From positions 157,336-221,335 of the forward strand of contig JAXHVD010000003.1 of the NCBI GenBank assembly GCA_034189385.1: a stretch of 64,000 nucleotides of DNA. The letters run 5' to 3'. Below, in pieces: positions 20,236 through 31,641 of the stretch; position 1 is the first letter of the stretch, and each line of letters begins with the position of its first letter. Source of the DNA: Thermodesulfobacteriota bacterium. Its GTDB lineage: Bacteria > Desulfobacterota > Desulfobacteria > Desulfobacterales > C00003060. The position numbers and the translations under genes are program-made. The notes below the pieces were generated by a model. The model made no database searches and was not told where the DNA came from. It saw nothing but the letters and a program-made list of their open reading frames with translations.

Positions 20236-22412
20236 GTCTCGTCCTCGCCCTTCATGAAATCCGTAACGAGCACAGGCCTCTTGTAGGCGGAAAAGGCTTT
20301 GCCCTGGCTGCCCTGGTTCAAAGAACCATGGCAGTCCCGGAAGCCCTCTGTGTCACCACCCAAGCCTACCACCAGTACCTTTCCAGCGGAGGGCTTCGTG
20401 ACCGGATCGGCATGGAATTGAACCGGAAACCCTTCCAGGAGATGAGGTGGGAAGAACTATGGGATGCCGCTTTACGCGTCCAGAACCTCTTCCTGCAGAC
20501 GCCTTTTTCCAAAGAGCTCTACGAGGCCATTTGTATGCCTATTGCCGAGATCTTTGGGGACAAAGCAGTAGTAGTGAGATCATCTGCCCTGGGAGAAGAT
20601 ACGGCCCAGAGTTCTTTTGCGGGTCTGCACGAATCGTACGTCAACGTCAGAGGCACAGAGGCTATTTTGGACCACATACGGCTCGTTTGGGCCTCCCTCT
20701 GGTCGGACCGCGCCCTGCTGTATCGACAGGAATTGAACCTACAGGTTGAAAAGAGCGCCATGGCCGTGGTGATTCAGGAAATTCTAGTGGGAGAACGATC
20801 AGGTGTCGTCTTTGGCAAGGACCCCAACGATCCGTCACAGACGGTCATCGAGGCCGTGTATGGATTGAATCAAGGGCTGGTCGATGGGACCGTCGAGCCT
20901 GACAGGTGGATTCTGGATCGCCAGAGCGGGCGGCTCATCTCTCATGTGCCTGCCAGCAGAAAAAAGGCTATGGTCCCTGTCCCCGGGGGCCTTCTCCTTG
21001 ATGCATTGCAGCCTGACAAGGCCGATTGCCCACCCCTTGACCAGGAGGAGATGGCCAGGGTCTTTGAACTCTCACGGAAGACAGAAGAGGTCTTTGACGC
21101 TCCCCAAGACGTGGAGTGGACCTTTGGCAAAGATGTACTCTATGTCCTTCAGTCACGTCCTGTCGCGTCGCCCCTGTCAACGGCTCATGACGACAAGAGG
21201 CCATGGTATCTCAGCTTGAAGAAGAGCTTTGAAACCTTAAAGGGCCTTCGCAAGACGATCGAGGCCGAGTTGATACCGCAGATGCACCAAGAAGGGCGAA
21301 CCCTTGCCGCGTCCGATCTGGATCAGCTATCAGACGTTGAGCTCGCAAAGGAAATCGAGCTCAGAAGAAGCATCTACCAGAAGTGGGCACGAATCTACGA
21401 AGAGGCGTTCATCCCCATGGCCCACGGCATTCGGCTCTTTGGGCAGGTTTATAACAACACGGTCCGCCCGTCAGATCCCTATGAATTCATGACCCTTCTG
21501 GGAGCCACGGAGATGGTCAGCCTCAGACGCAATGGCATGCTTGATGACCTGGCAGCAATGATCCGATCGAACCCCAAGCTGGCGGAGCGCTTAAGAAACG
21601 GCGATCTCTCTGTTGATGATGACGCCTTCCATGCTGGCCTTCGAGATTTCGCAGACGAATTCACCGATCTGTCGTGCGGTACCGATCAATGCGTCAGTGG
21701 CCAACACGCCATCGCGAAGCTTCTCCTTGAAATGGCCGGTCGTCCCTCTCTGAGACAGGCTGTTCCAAAGAAGGACTTCCAGGGCCTTAAGGATGCGTTC
21801 TTGTCTCGTTTTCAGGCCAATCAACGCTCCTATGCTGAAGAGCTTCTTGATCTTGGACGGGCCAGCTACCGCTTGAGAGATGATGACAATATCTACTTAG
21901 GCCAGGTCAGAGCTCAAATGGACCGAGCAGTGAGCGAGGGACGGAATCGGGTAAAAAGCACAAACAAGACAGAGGGTCGTGCGTCCGCCGCCCACAGCCT
22001 TGCAAAGGCCTTAAAGACCCACGACCTTCTCTTTCAGACCCACCTCTCACCTGTTTCTGAAAAAGCAGGGCTTCAAACCACGGTCAGGCAAATCGTGGGA
22101 CAACCGGCAGGACCTGGAATTGGAAAAGGCCCGGCGCGGGTGATTGCTGACCCGTCTGATTTGATGGATTTTCAAGCCGGAGAGATCCTGGTATGCGATG
22201 CACTGGATCCAACCATGACCTTTGTCGTCCCTCTGTCAGAAGGAATCGTGGAACGCCGGGGCGGCATGTTGATCCACGGCGCCATTATTGCCAGAGAATA
22301 CGGGCTCCCATGCGTTACCGGGATCCCTGAAGCGGCCTCGGTCATCAAGAACGGTGAGCAACTTACTGTCGATGGCTATCTGGGCATTGTCACCATCCAT
22401 CGTGAAGCATAA
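20232..22412 (+). CDS. PEP-utilizing dikinase-like enzyme (PPDK_N ATP-grasp + phospho-His swivel domain)
   Basis: VGGKG, VRSSALGED..SFAGLHES, QDVEW..LQSRP, GGMLIHGAIIAREYGLP; ATGA overlap with upstream gene. Confidence 0.85.
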   Translation: MSLVLALHEIRNEHRPLVGGKGFALAALVQRTMAVPEALCVTTQAYHQYLSSGGLRDRIGMELNRKPFQEMRWEELWDAALRVQNLFLQTPFSKELYEAICMPIAEIFGDKAVVVRSSALGEDTAQSSFAGLHESYVNVRGTEAILDHIRLVWASLWSDRALLYRQELNLQVEKSAMAVVIQEILVGERSGVVFGKDPNDPSQTVIEAVYGLNQGLVDGTVEPDRWILDRQSGRLISHVPASRKKAMVPVPGGLLLDALQPDKADCPPLDQEEMARVFELSRKTEEVFDAPQDVEWTFGKDVLYVLQSRPVASPLSTAHDDKRPWYLSLKKSFETLKGLRKTIEAELIPQMHQEGRTLAASDLDQLSDVELAKEIELRRSIYQKWARIYEEAFIPMAHGIRLFGQVYNNTVRPSDPYEFMTLLGATEMVSLRRNGMLDDLAAMIRSNPKLAERLRNGDLSVDDDAFHAGLRDFADEFTDLSCGTDQCVSGQHAIAKLLLEMAGRPSLRQAVPKKDFQGLKDAFLSRFQANQRSYAEELLDLGRASYRLRDDDNIYLGQVRAQMDRAVSEGRNRVKSTNKTEGRASAAHSLAKALKTHDLLFQTHLSPVSEKAGLQTTVRQIVGQPAGPGIGKGPARVIADPSDLMDFQAGEILVCDALDPTMTFVVPLSEGIVERRGGMLIHGAIIAREYGLPCVTGIPEAASVIKNGEQLTVDGYLGIVTIHREA

Positions 22413-22453
22413 ACGCACCTGTCTTTGCCGGTTGCCATTGGGGACCAATATCG

Positions 22454-22978
22454 TTGACGTCTTCTTTTCACCATACTCTTTTTCTTGCAGACCATCCCGT
22501 GGCCCGACCTAGGAGCCAGCCCTTATTGGCGGCCTGTAAAAAGAAAGGAAGAGTGACAGAAGGTAGACTGTTTTTTCTTGTCGTCGTCTTGGCCCTGGCC
22601 TTCGCAGGATATGCAATGACGGTCTGCTCCTCTGAAAAAGAACCTGTCGCCGCGTCTGTTCTCCCCGAAGAAGGGTCGCCCGCGGGCGCCGAGACGGGGA
22701 GAGAGTATATGAAGATGGACGTTGAAGAGATGGATCTACTGGACTTCATTAAGGCCATAAGCGACATCACCGGAAAAGACTTCCTTGTGAGTCCAAGAGT
22801 CACAGGCAAGGTGCGCGGGGAGGCTCTCAGGAAGATTCCTGTAGATGAAGCATACCAGGTCTTTCAAGCAGTGTTAGAGGTCCACGGCTTTACCACGGTG
22901 CCGGCAGGGAGCATTGTCAAGATCGTGCCCGCCTCAGAGGCTCGGGGAAAAGCAGTCGACACACAACAGGCCCGCTGA
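22454..22978 (+). CDS. Membrane-anchored protein with a secretin (GspD) N0-like domain only
   Basis: TM segment then MDLLDFIKAISDITGKDFLVSPRVTGKV...AYQVFQAVLEVHGFTTVPAGSIVKIVP; start uncertain. Confidence 0.65.
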   Translation: MTSSFHHTLFLADHPVARPRSQPLLAACKKKGRVTEGRLFFLVVVLALAFAGYAMTVCSSEKEPVAASVLPEEGSPAGAETGREYMKMDVEEMDLLDFIKAISDITGKDFLVSPRVTGKVRGEALRKIPVDEAYQVFQAVLEVHGFTTVPAGSIVKIVPASEARGKAVDTQQAR

Positions 22979-23311
22979 CATCCAGAAGATCGTCGTTAGG
23001 GCATCCTTTTCAGGGCCACCCAAATAGGACCACGGGCACTTGCGCTGACATGGACTGATGGGTCACTGCCTTAAGGGGACACTGCGAAGTAGTCATTCAA
23101 TCAAGCGCTTCTTCGTTGAGGAGAACAATCCCCATCGTGTCGATGGAGTCCCATATGGACCGGCTGTTGCCCAAAGGGATATGTCTTCGACGGGTTCATG
23201 GAGTCCCTTGTCGCCCCCTTTCCGTCCCTTGTTAGGCCATCACCGCTTCGTTGGATCATTTCACACGGTCGTGCTCTTGACAAACCCCAGGCCGGTACAT
23301 AGCTTCCATTA

Positions 23312-23338
23312 GATAATTGAGAAACAGTTTCAATAATC
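23312..23338. promoter_or_regulatory. Fur-family-like imperfect palindrome
   Basis: GATAATTGAGAAACAGTTTCAATAATC ~30 bp before the TPR gene. Confidence 0.45.
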
Positions 23339-23366
23339 GGCCCCCAGGCCAGTCTCATGGAAGGGG

Positions 23367-23864
23367 GTGAAGAGCATGACAGAACAAACAACAACTGCAA
23401 CAGGAACCCTTGAAGAAGGGATGTCTGCATTCACAAAGGGGAAGTTCAACGAGAGTATATGTGACCTTTCAAAAGCCATCAGGCTCGACCCCAACAAAGA
23501 AGTCGCCTACCTCACCCGTGGGGTTGCATATATGAAGACGGACAGACCAAACCTGGCCATAGATGATTTTGACAAGGCCATCGAACTCAACCCGGGCCAT
23601 CGGCGGGCGTATCACCTTAGAGGCCATGCGCACTACGTCATGGGAAACAGGAAAAGAGCTTTACAAGATTTTGGCAAGGCGATCGAACTAGATCCCGAAT
23701 ATGGAGCCGCCTATTTGAGCAGGGCAAATCTCCACACCGAGCTGGGACACGGCGAAAAGGCCGGGCAAGATATGGAGATGGCCCTTCTCCTTACAGAAAA
23801 GAATATGGGAACCTTTGCAAACGAAAACAACGTCTTGAGATGCAAGCACCGGGCTGGAGGCTGA
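23367..23864 (+). CDS. Tetratricopeptide repeat protein
   Basis: Repeated AY..RG.AY...A..DF.KAIEL.P units. Confidence 0.9.
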   Translation: MKSMTEQTTTATGTLEEGMSAFTKGKFNESICDLSKAIRLDPNKEVAYLTRGVAYMKTDRPNLAIDDFDKAIELNPGHRRAYHLRGHAHYVMGNRKRALQDFGKAIELDPEYGAAYLSRANLHTELGHGEKAGQDMEMALLLTEKNMGTFANENNVLRCKHRAGG

Positions 23865-23915
23865 AGGCATCGTGGGAAAAACTGAGAGGCGAGAAATAAA
23901 ATAGGAAAGAGACGA

Positions 23916-24380
23916 TTATCTCTGATCTGCCACTTCCATGATGTGTCTGAAGACATCGGCCAGGGTGACGACGCCCACGAGTCTGTCATCCTTCATCACA
24001 GGCATCTGCTTGATTTTTCTAAGGGTCAAGATCGAACCAGCCTTTAAAATGCTGGTCTCCTGATCCAGTGTCATGGCAGGAGCGCCCATCACTTCTCTGA
24101 CCTTTATCTTCTTTACCTTTTCGATTCTATTCTGAATATAACCAAGATCCGACAAGTGCTTCTCGTCCTTATATATGTCAGGATACCTGGGGAGGACAGA
24201 CCTGAATATATCCGCTCTGGTAATCACCCCGACGACACGATGATCATGGACCACAGGGGCCCCATTGATGTCGTGCTCCTGTAATAAGCGTCCACATTCT
24301 TCTATGGTTAAATCTTCCTCCACCGTAATCACAGGAGACTTCATAATCTCGTCTATTTTCATTGTCCCTTTCCTTCCCAA
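23916..24380 (-). CDS. CBS-domain pair protein
   Basis: IMKSPVITV..INGAPVV..VGVIT; VM..P..QMPV..LVGVVT. Confidence 0.9.
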   Translation of the reverse strand: MGRKGTMKIDEIMKSPVITVEEDLTIEECGRLLQEHDINGAPVVHDHRVVGVITRADIFRSVLPRYPDIYKDEKHLSDLGYIQNRIEKVKKIKVREVMGAPAMTLDQETSILKAGSILTLRKIKQMPVMKDDRLVGVVTLADVFRHIMEVADQR

Positions 24381-24483
24381 TCGCTGTCAGTGACTGGAGA
24401 CGCTCCAAAAACCCAGAACCTATTCTCACAAAGACACGGTTGCTTTTCAAAGGCACGGTATGTGCACTTGGTGGCAGCCTGGG

Positions 24484-25716
24484 TCAACGAGAGGCCGCAT
24501 CGCTTTTAAAGGCATCGACGTTCTCTATGTGCGCTTCTTCCTCGGTGATGGTCGTAAGGGGCGGATCATCAGCGATATCCATCCCCGGCACGTAATCAAA
24601 GACTCCCGTAAGCTCCCTGTTTACCATCTGGTAGAGCCTGGTCAGGGGAATTTCCATAGGACACACATCTTGACACTGCCCGCAATTGACACAGGAGTCT
24701 GCCACATGAGCCAATCTGATTAAAGGAAACATGATATGGGGCGGCGTTTCTCCAGCTTGCACAAGATCTCTTGATGGCTCCAGGTAACAGTCCTGACAGT
24801 AACAGATGGGACACACATCCCTGCAACCAAAGCACTTGATGCACCTGTCAAGATATCTTAGCCAGTATTGCAATCGATCCTCGTAGGGAAGCCATCTTAG
24901 GACATCCAGGTCCTTTTCTTGCCAGGTCTGGGCCAATTCAACGGCCTCTTGGTCTTCTTGTTCCCTTTCCTTTAAGGCTTCCTGATCAGGCGGCTCCGCG
25001 TGAAGGGCACCCGCTTCCAAGGCCTCTTCCATCAGGTTGGAGCCTTTCTCCGAGCATACTTCTATGAACGTAGCCTGTTGGCCCTTTGTGCCCCACTTGC
25101 CACAAGCCAGATCAGCCATCCGAGGAATATTGAAGGCGCACCGCCTACAATTTTCTCTTCTGCCATATCCCTGTTCCTCTAGCTCCTTTAGATCCCTTTC
25201 TTTTTTGCTCCCATCTGCGAGCGTGATGACAAGTTTTTTTGAATCAAGCTCCTCGCCCACCACGTCCTCAGGGTTGACCTGATATGCCTCTGAAATCATT
25301 CTTCTGGCAACGCCTGGCATCAATGTGCCCGTGCAGTTCAGGCCTATTAAGAGGAGATTCTCGGTATTGATTTGTCTCCTTTTCGCTAGCTCTATGATGG
25401 CACGGCAGTCACAGGGCTTGCAGGTCACTGCCACCTTCAGGTCTTGGGCACCGTTTAGATACTCCCTTATCTCTTTGGCTACATTCACTGGAGCAACGTG
25501 CAGGGTCCCAGCACAGGTGATGACTTCGTCGGGATTCGATATGAGAGACACCACTCCATCATATCTGTTTCCATCTCTTTTTCGGACCGCCAATACGGCA
25601 TCTACAATCTTACGCTCAAGGGCAAACTTCAGCAACGCAGTGACTGCACCACCTGATGCGCCCTTAGACCGAATTTGCTCGTCAGTGGACCAAGCAAGAT
25701 ACATGTCGCCTTTCAT
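24484..25716 (-). CDS. fdhB: Formate dehydrogenase beta subunit, FrhB/FdhB type with C-terminal 2x[4Fe-4S]
   Basis: SGGAVTALL, KPCD, IGLNC.G, RRENCRRC, ADLACGKWG, CIKCFGCRDVCP, CVNCGQCQDVCP. Confidence 0.85.
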   Translation of the reverse strand: MKGDMYLAWSTDEQIRSKGASGGAVTALLKFALERKIVDAVLAVRKRDGNRYDGVVSLISNPDEVITCAGTLHVAPVNVAKEIREYLNGAQDLKVAVTCKPCDCRAIIELAKRRQINTENLLLIGLNCTGTLMPGVARRMISEAYQVNPEDVVGEELDSKKLVITLADGSKKERDLKELEEQGYGRRENCRRCAFNIPRMADLACGKWGTKGQQATFIEVCSEKGSNLMEEALEAGALHAEPPDQEALKEREQEDQEAVELAQTWQEKDLDVLRWLPYEDRLQYWLRYLDRCIKCFGCRDVCPICYCQDCYLEPSRDLVQAGETPPHIMFPLIRLAHVADSCVNCGQCQDVCPMEIPLTRLYQMVNRELTGVFDYVPGMDIADDPPLTTITEEEAHIENVDAFKSDAASR

Positions 25717-27746
25717 TATGATACCTTCTCTACCTTCACTGCACAGAACTTGAACTCCGGCATCTTAGACGGAGGGCCTGCACAGGGTCCTGTCAAGACG
25801 TTTGGTGCGCATTCTGAAAAATGCCAAGGCACAAATATCAGGCCTTTCCTAATGTCTTCTGTTACCCTAGCCACTGTCTCTATCGTGCCTCTTCTGGATG
25901 TTAATCTCACCTGGTCTCCGTCTTGTATGGAGAGGGCCTGGGCATCTTCAGGGTTTATCTCTGCAAATCCATGGGGCAGCTCATTGTTCAGGCGCCCAGT
26001 TCGTCTGGTCATGGTGCCTGAATGAAAATGGAATATCACCCTGCCATTTGTGAATATGTAAGGATACTCCTCATCTGGCACCTCCAAAGGGGGAGTGTAT
26101 TCTGCAACCTGGAATTGTGCAAGACCGTCTGCGGTGGGGAATTTGCCAACAAACATGACCTCCGTCCCAGGATGATCCTCTGTGGGGCATGGCCATTGAA
26201 TGCCGCTGGGATTTTTGAGCCTTTCATAGGTAATCCCCTTGTATTGAGGCACACATTTCCTGATTTCCTCAAAAATATCAGCCGGGCTCTGAAAACCAAA
26301 GGCCGCCTCAAAACCCATCCTCTTTCCCAATTCACAGAAAATGTCCCAATCCGGTCTTGCATCACCCGGCGGCGCCACGGCCTTGTAGAGCCTCTGAACC
26401 CTTCTATCTACCCCGGTCATGGTCCCGTCCTTTTCCACGGACGTCGCTGCAGGGAGCACAATGTCAGCCATTTTTGCCGTTTCTGTCATAAAGATATCCT
26501 GGACGACCAAGAAATCTTTGCTTTTCAGGGCCTGCCTGACGCTTGTCGTATCTGGCGCAGCCGACATGGGATTCGCCCCCACGATGTATAAGACTCTGCA
26601 TTTTCCCACCATGTCCATGTAAGTCATTCCAGGGGTTGAAGGCAGATCCTTGACTCCCCAGAGGTCTTCAAAACGCCTGGCTGTTTCCTCATTCACCTTT
26701 TGAAATCCAGGGTAGAAAACTGGCAAGGGCCCCATGTCCCCAAAGCCCTCACCATTGGCATGACCCCTCAGGGGGTTTACGCCAGTACCCGGCCTTCCAT
26801 AGTTTCCCGTCATGAGTGCCAAGTCCACCAAAGCCCTGATGTTCTCTATGCCTGCACCATGCTGGGCAATGCCTGCATTGTATAAGATACAGGCTTTTTC
26901 GGCCTTCCCGTACATGAGTGCCGCCTCTTTGATCACATCAAGGGGGATCTCCGTGATGCGCTCTATTTCACGCAGATCCAGACTCTGCAAATAGCTCTTC
27001 AGGTCCTCAAATCCTTTTGTCCTCTCTTCTATGAACCCTTTATCCTCTAGCCCCTCATCCAAGATGAGCTTCATCATGCCGTTGACCAGGGCATTGTCCG
27101 TCGCAGGGTAGATCTGCAAGTACAGGTCTGCAAGGTTTCGAGCCGTGATCGTCCTTCGGGGATCTGCAACGATCACCTTGGCCCCTTTACGCTTTGCCCG
27201 TATGATCCTGCGGGCAATGATGGGATAGGTTTCCTGGAGGTTGGGACCGGCCACAAAGATGCAATCCGCCTGCTCAATACTGATAGTGGACGTTGGCATC
27301 ACGCCTGAGCCCACTGTGGAAAGCAAGGCGGGCACTGAGGTAGAATGGCAGAACCTGGAGGCATTATCCATGTTGTTTGTCTTCTTAACGACCCTGACAA
27401 ACTTCTGAATGACATAGAGATCTTCGTTTGTACACTTTGCAGAATTGATGAAGCCCACCTCATCGGAAGCCGTGCTGCCCAATTTGTCTGCGATCACCGA
27501 AAGGGCAGCATCCCAGGAGGTCTCCGCAAAGACACCGTCTCGTTTTACTAACGGCCTTACCAGCCTTTGATCACTCGTTGAACAGGCATGGGCGTTTCTT
27601 CCTTTCTGGCAGTTTTTGCCCTCACATACGGGATGCCCCTTCCACGGCTCCATGCCCACCAACTCGCCGTCTTTTACTACCAAGTAGATGCCACATCCGC
27701 AGCCGCAGTAAGGGCAAATAGTCGGTACGTGTTCAATGGATGTCAT
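25716..27746 (-). CDS. fdhA: Mo/W-bis-PGD formate dehydrogenase-like alpha subunit (Cys ligand)
   Basis: CPYCGCGC...C.KG cluster, SRFCH active-site loop, PLRGH, QDIFMTETA..ADIVLPA, PEFKFCAVKV. Confidence 0.85.
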   Translation of the reverse strand: MTSIEHVPTICPYCGCGCGIYLVVKDGELVGMEPWKGHPVCEGKNCQKGRNAHACSTSDQRLVRPLVKRDGVFAETSWDAALSVIADKLGSTASDEVGFINSAKCTNEDLYVIQKFVRVVKKTNNMDNASRFCHSTSVPALLSTVGSGVMPTSTISIEQADCIFVAGPNLQETYPIIARRIIRAKRKGAKVIVADPRRTITARNLADLYLQIYPATDNALVNGMMKLILDEGLEDKGFIEERTKGFEDLKSYLQSLDLREIERITEIPLDVIKEAALMYGKAEKACILYNAGIAQHGAGIENIRALVDLALMTGNYGRPGTGVNPLRGHANGEGFGDMGPLPVFYPGFQKVNEETARRFEDLWGVKDLPSTPGMTYMDMVGKCRVLYIVGANPMSAAPDTTSVRQALKSKDFLVVQDIFMTETAKMADIVLPAATSVEKDGTMTGVDRRVQRLYKAVAPPGDARPDWDIFCELGKRMGFEAAFGFQSPADIFEEIRKCVPQYKGITYERLKNPSGIQWPCPTEDHPGTEVMFVGKFPTADGLAQFQVAEYTPPLEVPDEEYPYIFTNGRVIFHFHSGTMTRRTGRLNNELPHGFAEINPEDAQALSIQDGDQVRLTSRRGTIETVARVTEDIRKGLIFVPWHFSECAPNVLTGPCAGPPSKMPEFKFCAVKVEKVS

Positions 27747-28179
27747 GAGCGCCTTCTCTCTCTATCCTTTGTGACAGAGGGTTTGGTCCAATGCCTCTTG
27801 CCTCTTCTACAAAGTCCCTGACCAATTGCGCAAATTGCGGACCCTCCGATGCGGATACCCAGGCCAGGCGCAATCTGGCCGGATCGATACCCACACATTC
27901 CAGCAATTTCTTCGTCATCAAGACCCGTCTTCTTACGTGCAGATTACCTTCCAGGTAATGACATTCACCCGGATGTCATCCCCCCACAAGCACGGCATCT
28001 ATGCCCTGAGTCAGTGCCTCCAAAATCATGACAGGATCAATTCTCCCAGTACACATGACCCGGATCACCCGGATGTTGGGGGGATATTGGAACCTGGAAA
28101 CGCCAGCCAGATCGGCTCCGGCGTAAGAACACCAGTTGCACAGAAAGGCTATTAATTTGGGTTCAAATGAACTTGACAT
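27733..28179 (-). CDS. mvhD: MvhD/FlpD [2Fe-2S] subunit, selenocysteine-containing
   Basis: [23 protein letters not shown](TGA 27976-27978)-HPGECHY; ORFs 27976..28212 and 27733..27921 in frame; hairpin ATTACC-TGGAA-GGTAAT. Confidence 0.92.
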
Positions 28180-28284
28180 TGTCAGAAACCCCCGTCTTTC
28201 TCCTAAGGCCATGTAGAATAGGCTGAAAGGTGGACCTTGAAGAAGGGAACGTTTTTTCTGCTGCTTTTGGATTTCAGCTTTTCT

Positions 28285-31200
28285 CTAAACAACAGCATGA
28301 ATTTGTGCCCTGATTTGATGTTGACTAAAATGACACATATCAACGGCTTTTGACGGACAGCTCGCAGCACAAAGGCCGCAACCCTTACAGGATGCAGTAA
28401 TGTTTTCAGCCTTCATTTCACCATGAAGCTCCACTAGGTGGATGGCATCGAAGGGACACACCCTTTCACAGATGCCGCATCCATTGCACATATCCGTATT
28501 CACCACAGATACAATGGGCTCGATCTCCACTGCATCTTTCATTAAGATATTTGCAGCCCGGGCAGCAGCGGCTTTGGCCTGGGCAATAGACTCCTCAATC
28601 GGTTTAGGATATTGACAAAGCCCTGCCAAGAACAGGCCTTGAGTGGCAAAATCAACGGGCCTGAGCTTCATATGGGCCTCCAAGAAGAAGCCTTCTTCGG
28701 TGGTGGACACTTTATAGAGTTTGGAAAGGGCCATGTTGTCATTTGGTAAAATGGCAGTGGCAAGGCAGATCATGTCTGGAAGGATTTCAAGGGGTCTTTG
28801 CAACACGTGGTCCGTAATCCTCAGCTTGAGTCTGCCATTTTTCCTCTCAACCGTAGGTTCATTTCCCAGGTTGTAGCGAATGAACAGCACGCCTTTGGCT
28901 CTGGCCTCTGTGTACAACTCCTCCCTGTCCCCAAAGGTCCTGATATCCCGATAGAGGATATATATACGCATATGGGGATTGAGCCGTTTCAGGGCCAACG
29001 CACTGACCATAGAATGGGTGCAGCAAACCTTACTACAATAGGGTCTTTCAGGTATTCTGGATCCTACGCACTGGATGAAGACAACGCTCTTGGCGTTGCT
29101 GATCCGTTTACTACGGCCCACGATCTCTTGATCAAGTTCCAGGGGCAGCAATACATCTGGGTCTCTTCCATATAGATATTCCCTGGGCTTATAGGGTTTG
29201 CCGCCAGTCGTCATGATGACTGCCCCGTGCTGCAATTCTGTCTCTTTGCCCTCCTCGTCAAGGAGCGTGGAGGAAAACCCTCCCACAAAACCAGAGGCGT
29301 CCTTGATGGTTGTCCGAAGCCAAAGAGTGATCAATGGATGCTCACGGACCTTTTTGATGAGGTCTTCTACATAAGCCCTTATATCTTCGCCTTTATAGGT
29401 GGTGTCAAGATGGAGGGCCTGACCGCCCAGTCTATTCTCTTTTTCGACGAGATCGGTCTTGAACCCTTGCTCAGCCAGACTTAAAGCGCTCACCATGCCT
29501 GCCACGCCCCCACCGATCACCAACCCCTGGTGGTTGACCGGTACAGATATGTCCGCCAGCGGCCTGATGAGCCTTGCCTTGGCCACAGCCATTCTGACGA
29601 GGTCTTTGGCCTTTTTGGTAGCTGCATCCGGCTGTTCCATGTGGACCCAGGAGCATTGATCACGGATATTTGCCATCTCAAAGGTGTATTTATTCAAACC
29701 GGCCTCGCGGAGTGTTTCTCTAAACAGGGGCTCATGGGTCCTTGGCGTGCAGGAGGCAACGACCACCCGGTTAAGGTCATATTCTTTGATGTGTTCCCTT
29801 ATCCTGTTTTGGGTATCCTGGGAGCAGGTGAAAAGATTTCTATCTGCTACGACGACATTGGGAAGGGTCCGCGCATATTCAGTGACTTCAGGGACGTTGA
29901 CCACGCCCCCAATATTGATCCCTCAATGGCAAACAAAGACGCCTATGCGCGGTTCCTGACCAAGGATCTCTTTTTCAACAGGATACTCCTTTTTCTTCAC
30001 CAGCGTATTTCTTGCCGGCGCCAGGAGGCCCATGGCAGAATCGGCTGCAGCACTCGCCTCCATGACCGTACCTGGGATGTCCTTTGGTCCTTGAAATGCT
30101 CCGCACACATAGACCCCTGGCCTTGAAGTCTCTACAGGAGAAAGGCACTGCGTCTTTGCAAAAAGGTGGTTATCCAGCTCTATATGGAGCCGCTCAGCCA
30201 AAGCTTCAGCCTTGGCAGGAGGCATGAGGCCAATGGAAAGGACCACCATGTCAAATACTTCCTCTTTCCTCTCGCCTGTTTCACTGGCATAGACCAGCTT
30301 GAGGTCCCCACTGTCTGCCACGGGCTCTATGGAGTGTATCCTTGACCTGATAAACCGGACACCAAATTCATCCTTGGCCCGGTTATAGTACTTCTCAAAA
30401 TCTTTGCCGTAGGTCCGCATATCCATGAAGAAGATGGCTGTATCTAATGGCAACGAGCTGTGTTCCTTGGAAATGACGGCCTCTTTGATGGCGTACATGC
30501 AGCACACAGCAGAGCAGTACCCTTGGTCACATTGGTTTATATTCCTTGAACCCACACATTGAAGCCAAGCGATCTTTTTCGGTTCTTTTTCGTCAGACGG
30601 GCGCACAAGGTGGGCCTTGTAAGGACCGGAGGCACTCAGAATACGCTCGAATTCCATGCTCGTGACCACGTTGGGAAAGCGGCCATGCTGATAGAGATCA
30701 TCGCCTGAAGGATCGTATGGCTCAAAACCTGGGGCCAGGATGATGGACCCAACATTTAGTTCGACTGTTTCATCTTCTTGAGAGTGATCGATGGCATCAG
30801 CAGCGCAAAACGCAGTACATATCTTGCATCCACCGGTCTTGAAGTGCATGCAGTATTCACGGTCGATTGCCGGCGCCTTTGGCACGGCCTGAGGATAGGG
30901 GATGTACACCGGTTTTCGTCCGATAAGCCCCATGTCATACTCAGAGGGAATAGGTTCAACGGTATGTTTGGTAATATCTTTTAGCTTGATGTGGCCAGTG
31001 GGACAAACCGACGCGCAAGCTCCGCAGGCCATACACAGTTCGGTCTGAATATGGAAAGGGGTATCCACTCTCATATCCACACCCCTGCCGGTCAGGGTGA
31101 TGGCACTGTTTCCCATCCTCTCGCAAACACGGACACAAAGACCGCAGAGGATGCAATCATCGTCCCTCTTCTTAAACCGCGGTTCCTTGATCCCATATCG

Positions 31201-31521
31201 CGCTGCCAGCTCCTTGACCGTAGGCACGTTCGGACAACGAGCAAGGAGGAGTTCCACGATCAGTTTTCGCCCCTCATGGACTGCATCGGTCTCCGTGCGA
31301 ACCTCCATCCCTTCCTTGATGGGGTAGTTACATGCCGTGACGAAATTGGTCTTACGGCCATCAAAAACCTCCACCGTACAAAGACGACACATCCCCGCAG
31401 GCCCAAGGGCCTTATGGTAGCATAAGGTGGGAATCTCGACCCCGTATCGTTCGGCCACCTGAAGGATGTATTCTCCTTCTTCTCCCTGGACGTCTTTTCC
31501 ATTCAGCTTAAAATGTACCAT
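28285..31521 (-). CDS. hdrA: NuoG/HydA-N-terminal FeS domain fused to tandem HdrA (lacking first FAD-binding N-terminus), selenocysteine-containing
   Basis: IPTLC..G.CRLC.VE..TAC and CILCGLCVRVC, then YIPYPQAVP, QCVGSR..YCS.VCC; VFVCH-U(TGA 29923-29925)-GINIGG; ANIRDQCSWVH; GGGVAG; hairpin GGGGCGT-GGTCA-ACGTCCC. Confidence 0.9.
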
Positions 31522-31641
31522 GGATTACTCCCTGTTAACGCGCTGTTGCCCAAATCGCTTTTCGCTTTGGCTAAAACCTTTTTTGACAAATCTAAAGCTC
31601 ACTCCAGGCGATGTCAAAACTCGCCCTTTTGGCTCTGCAAC

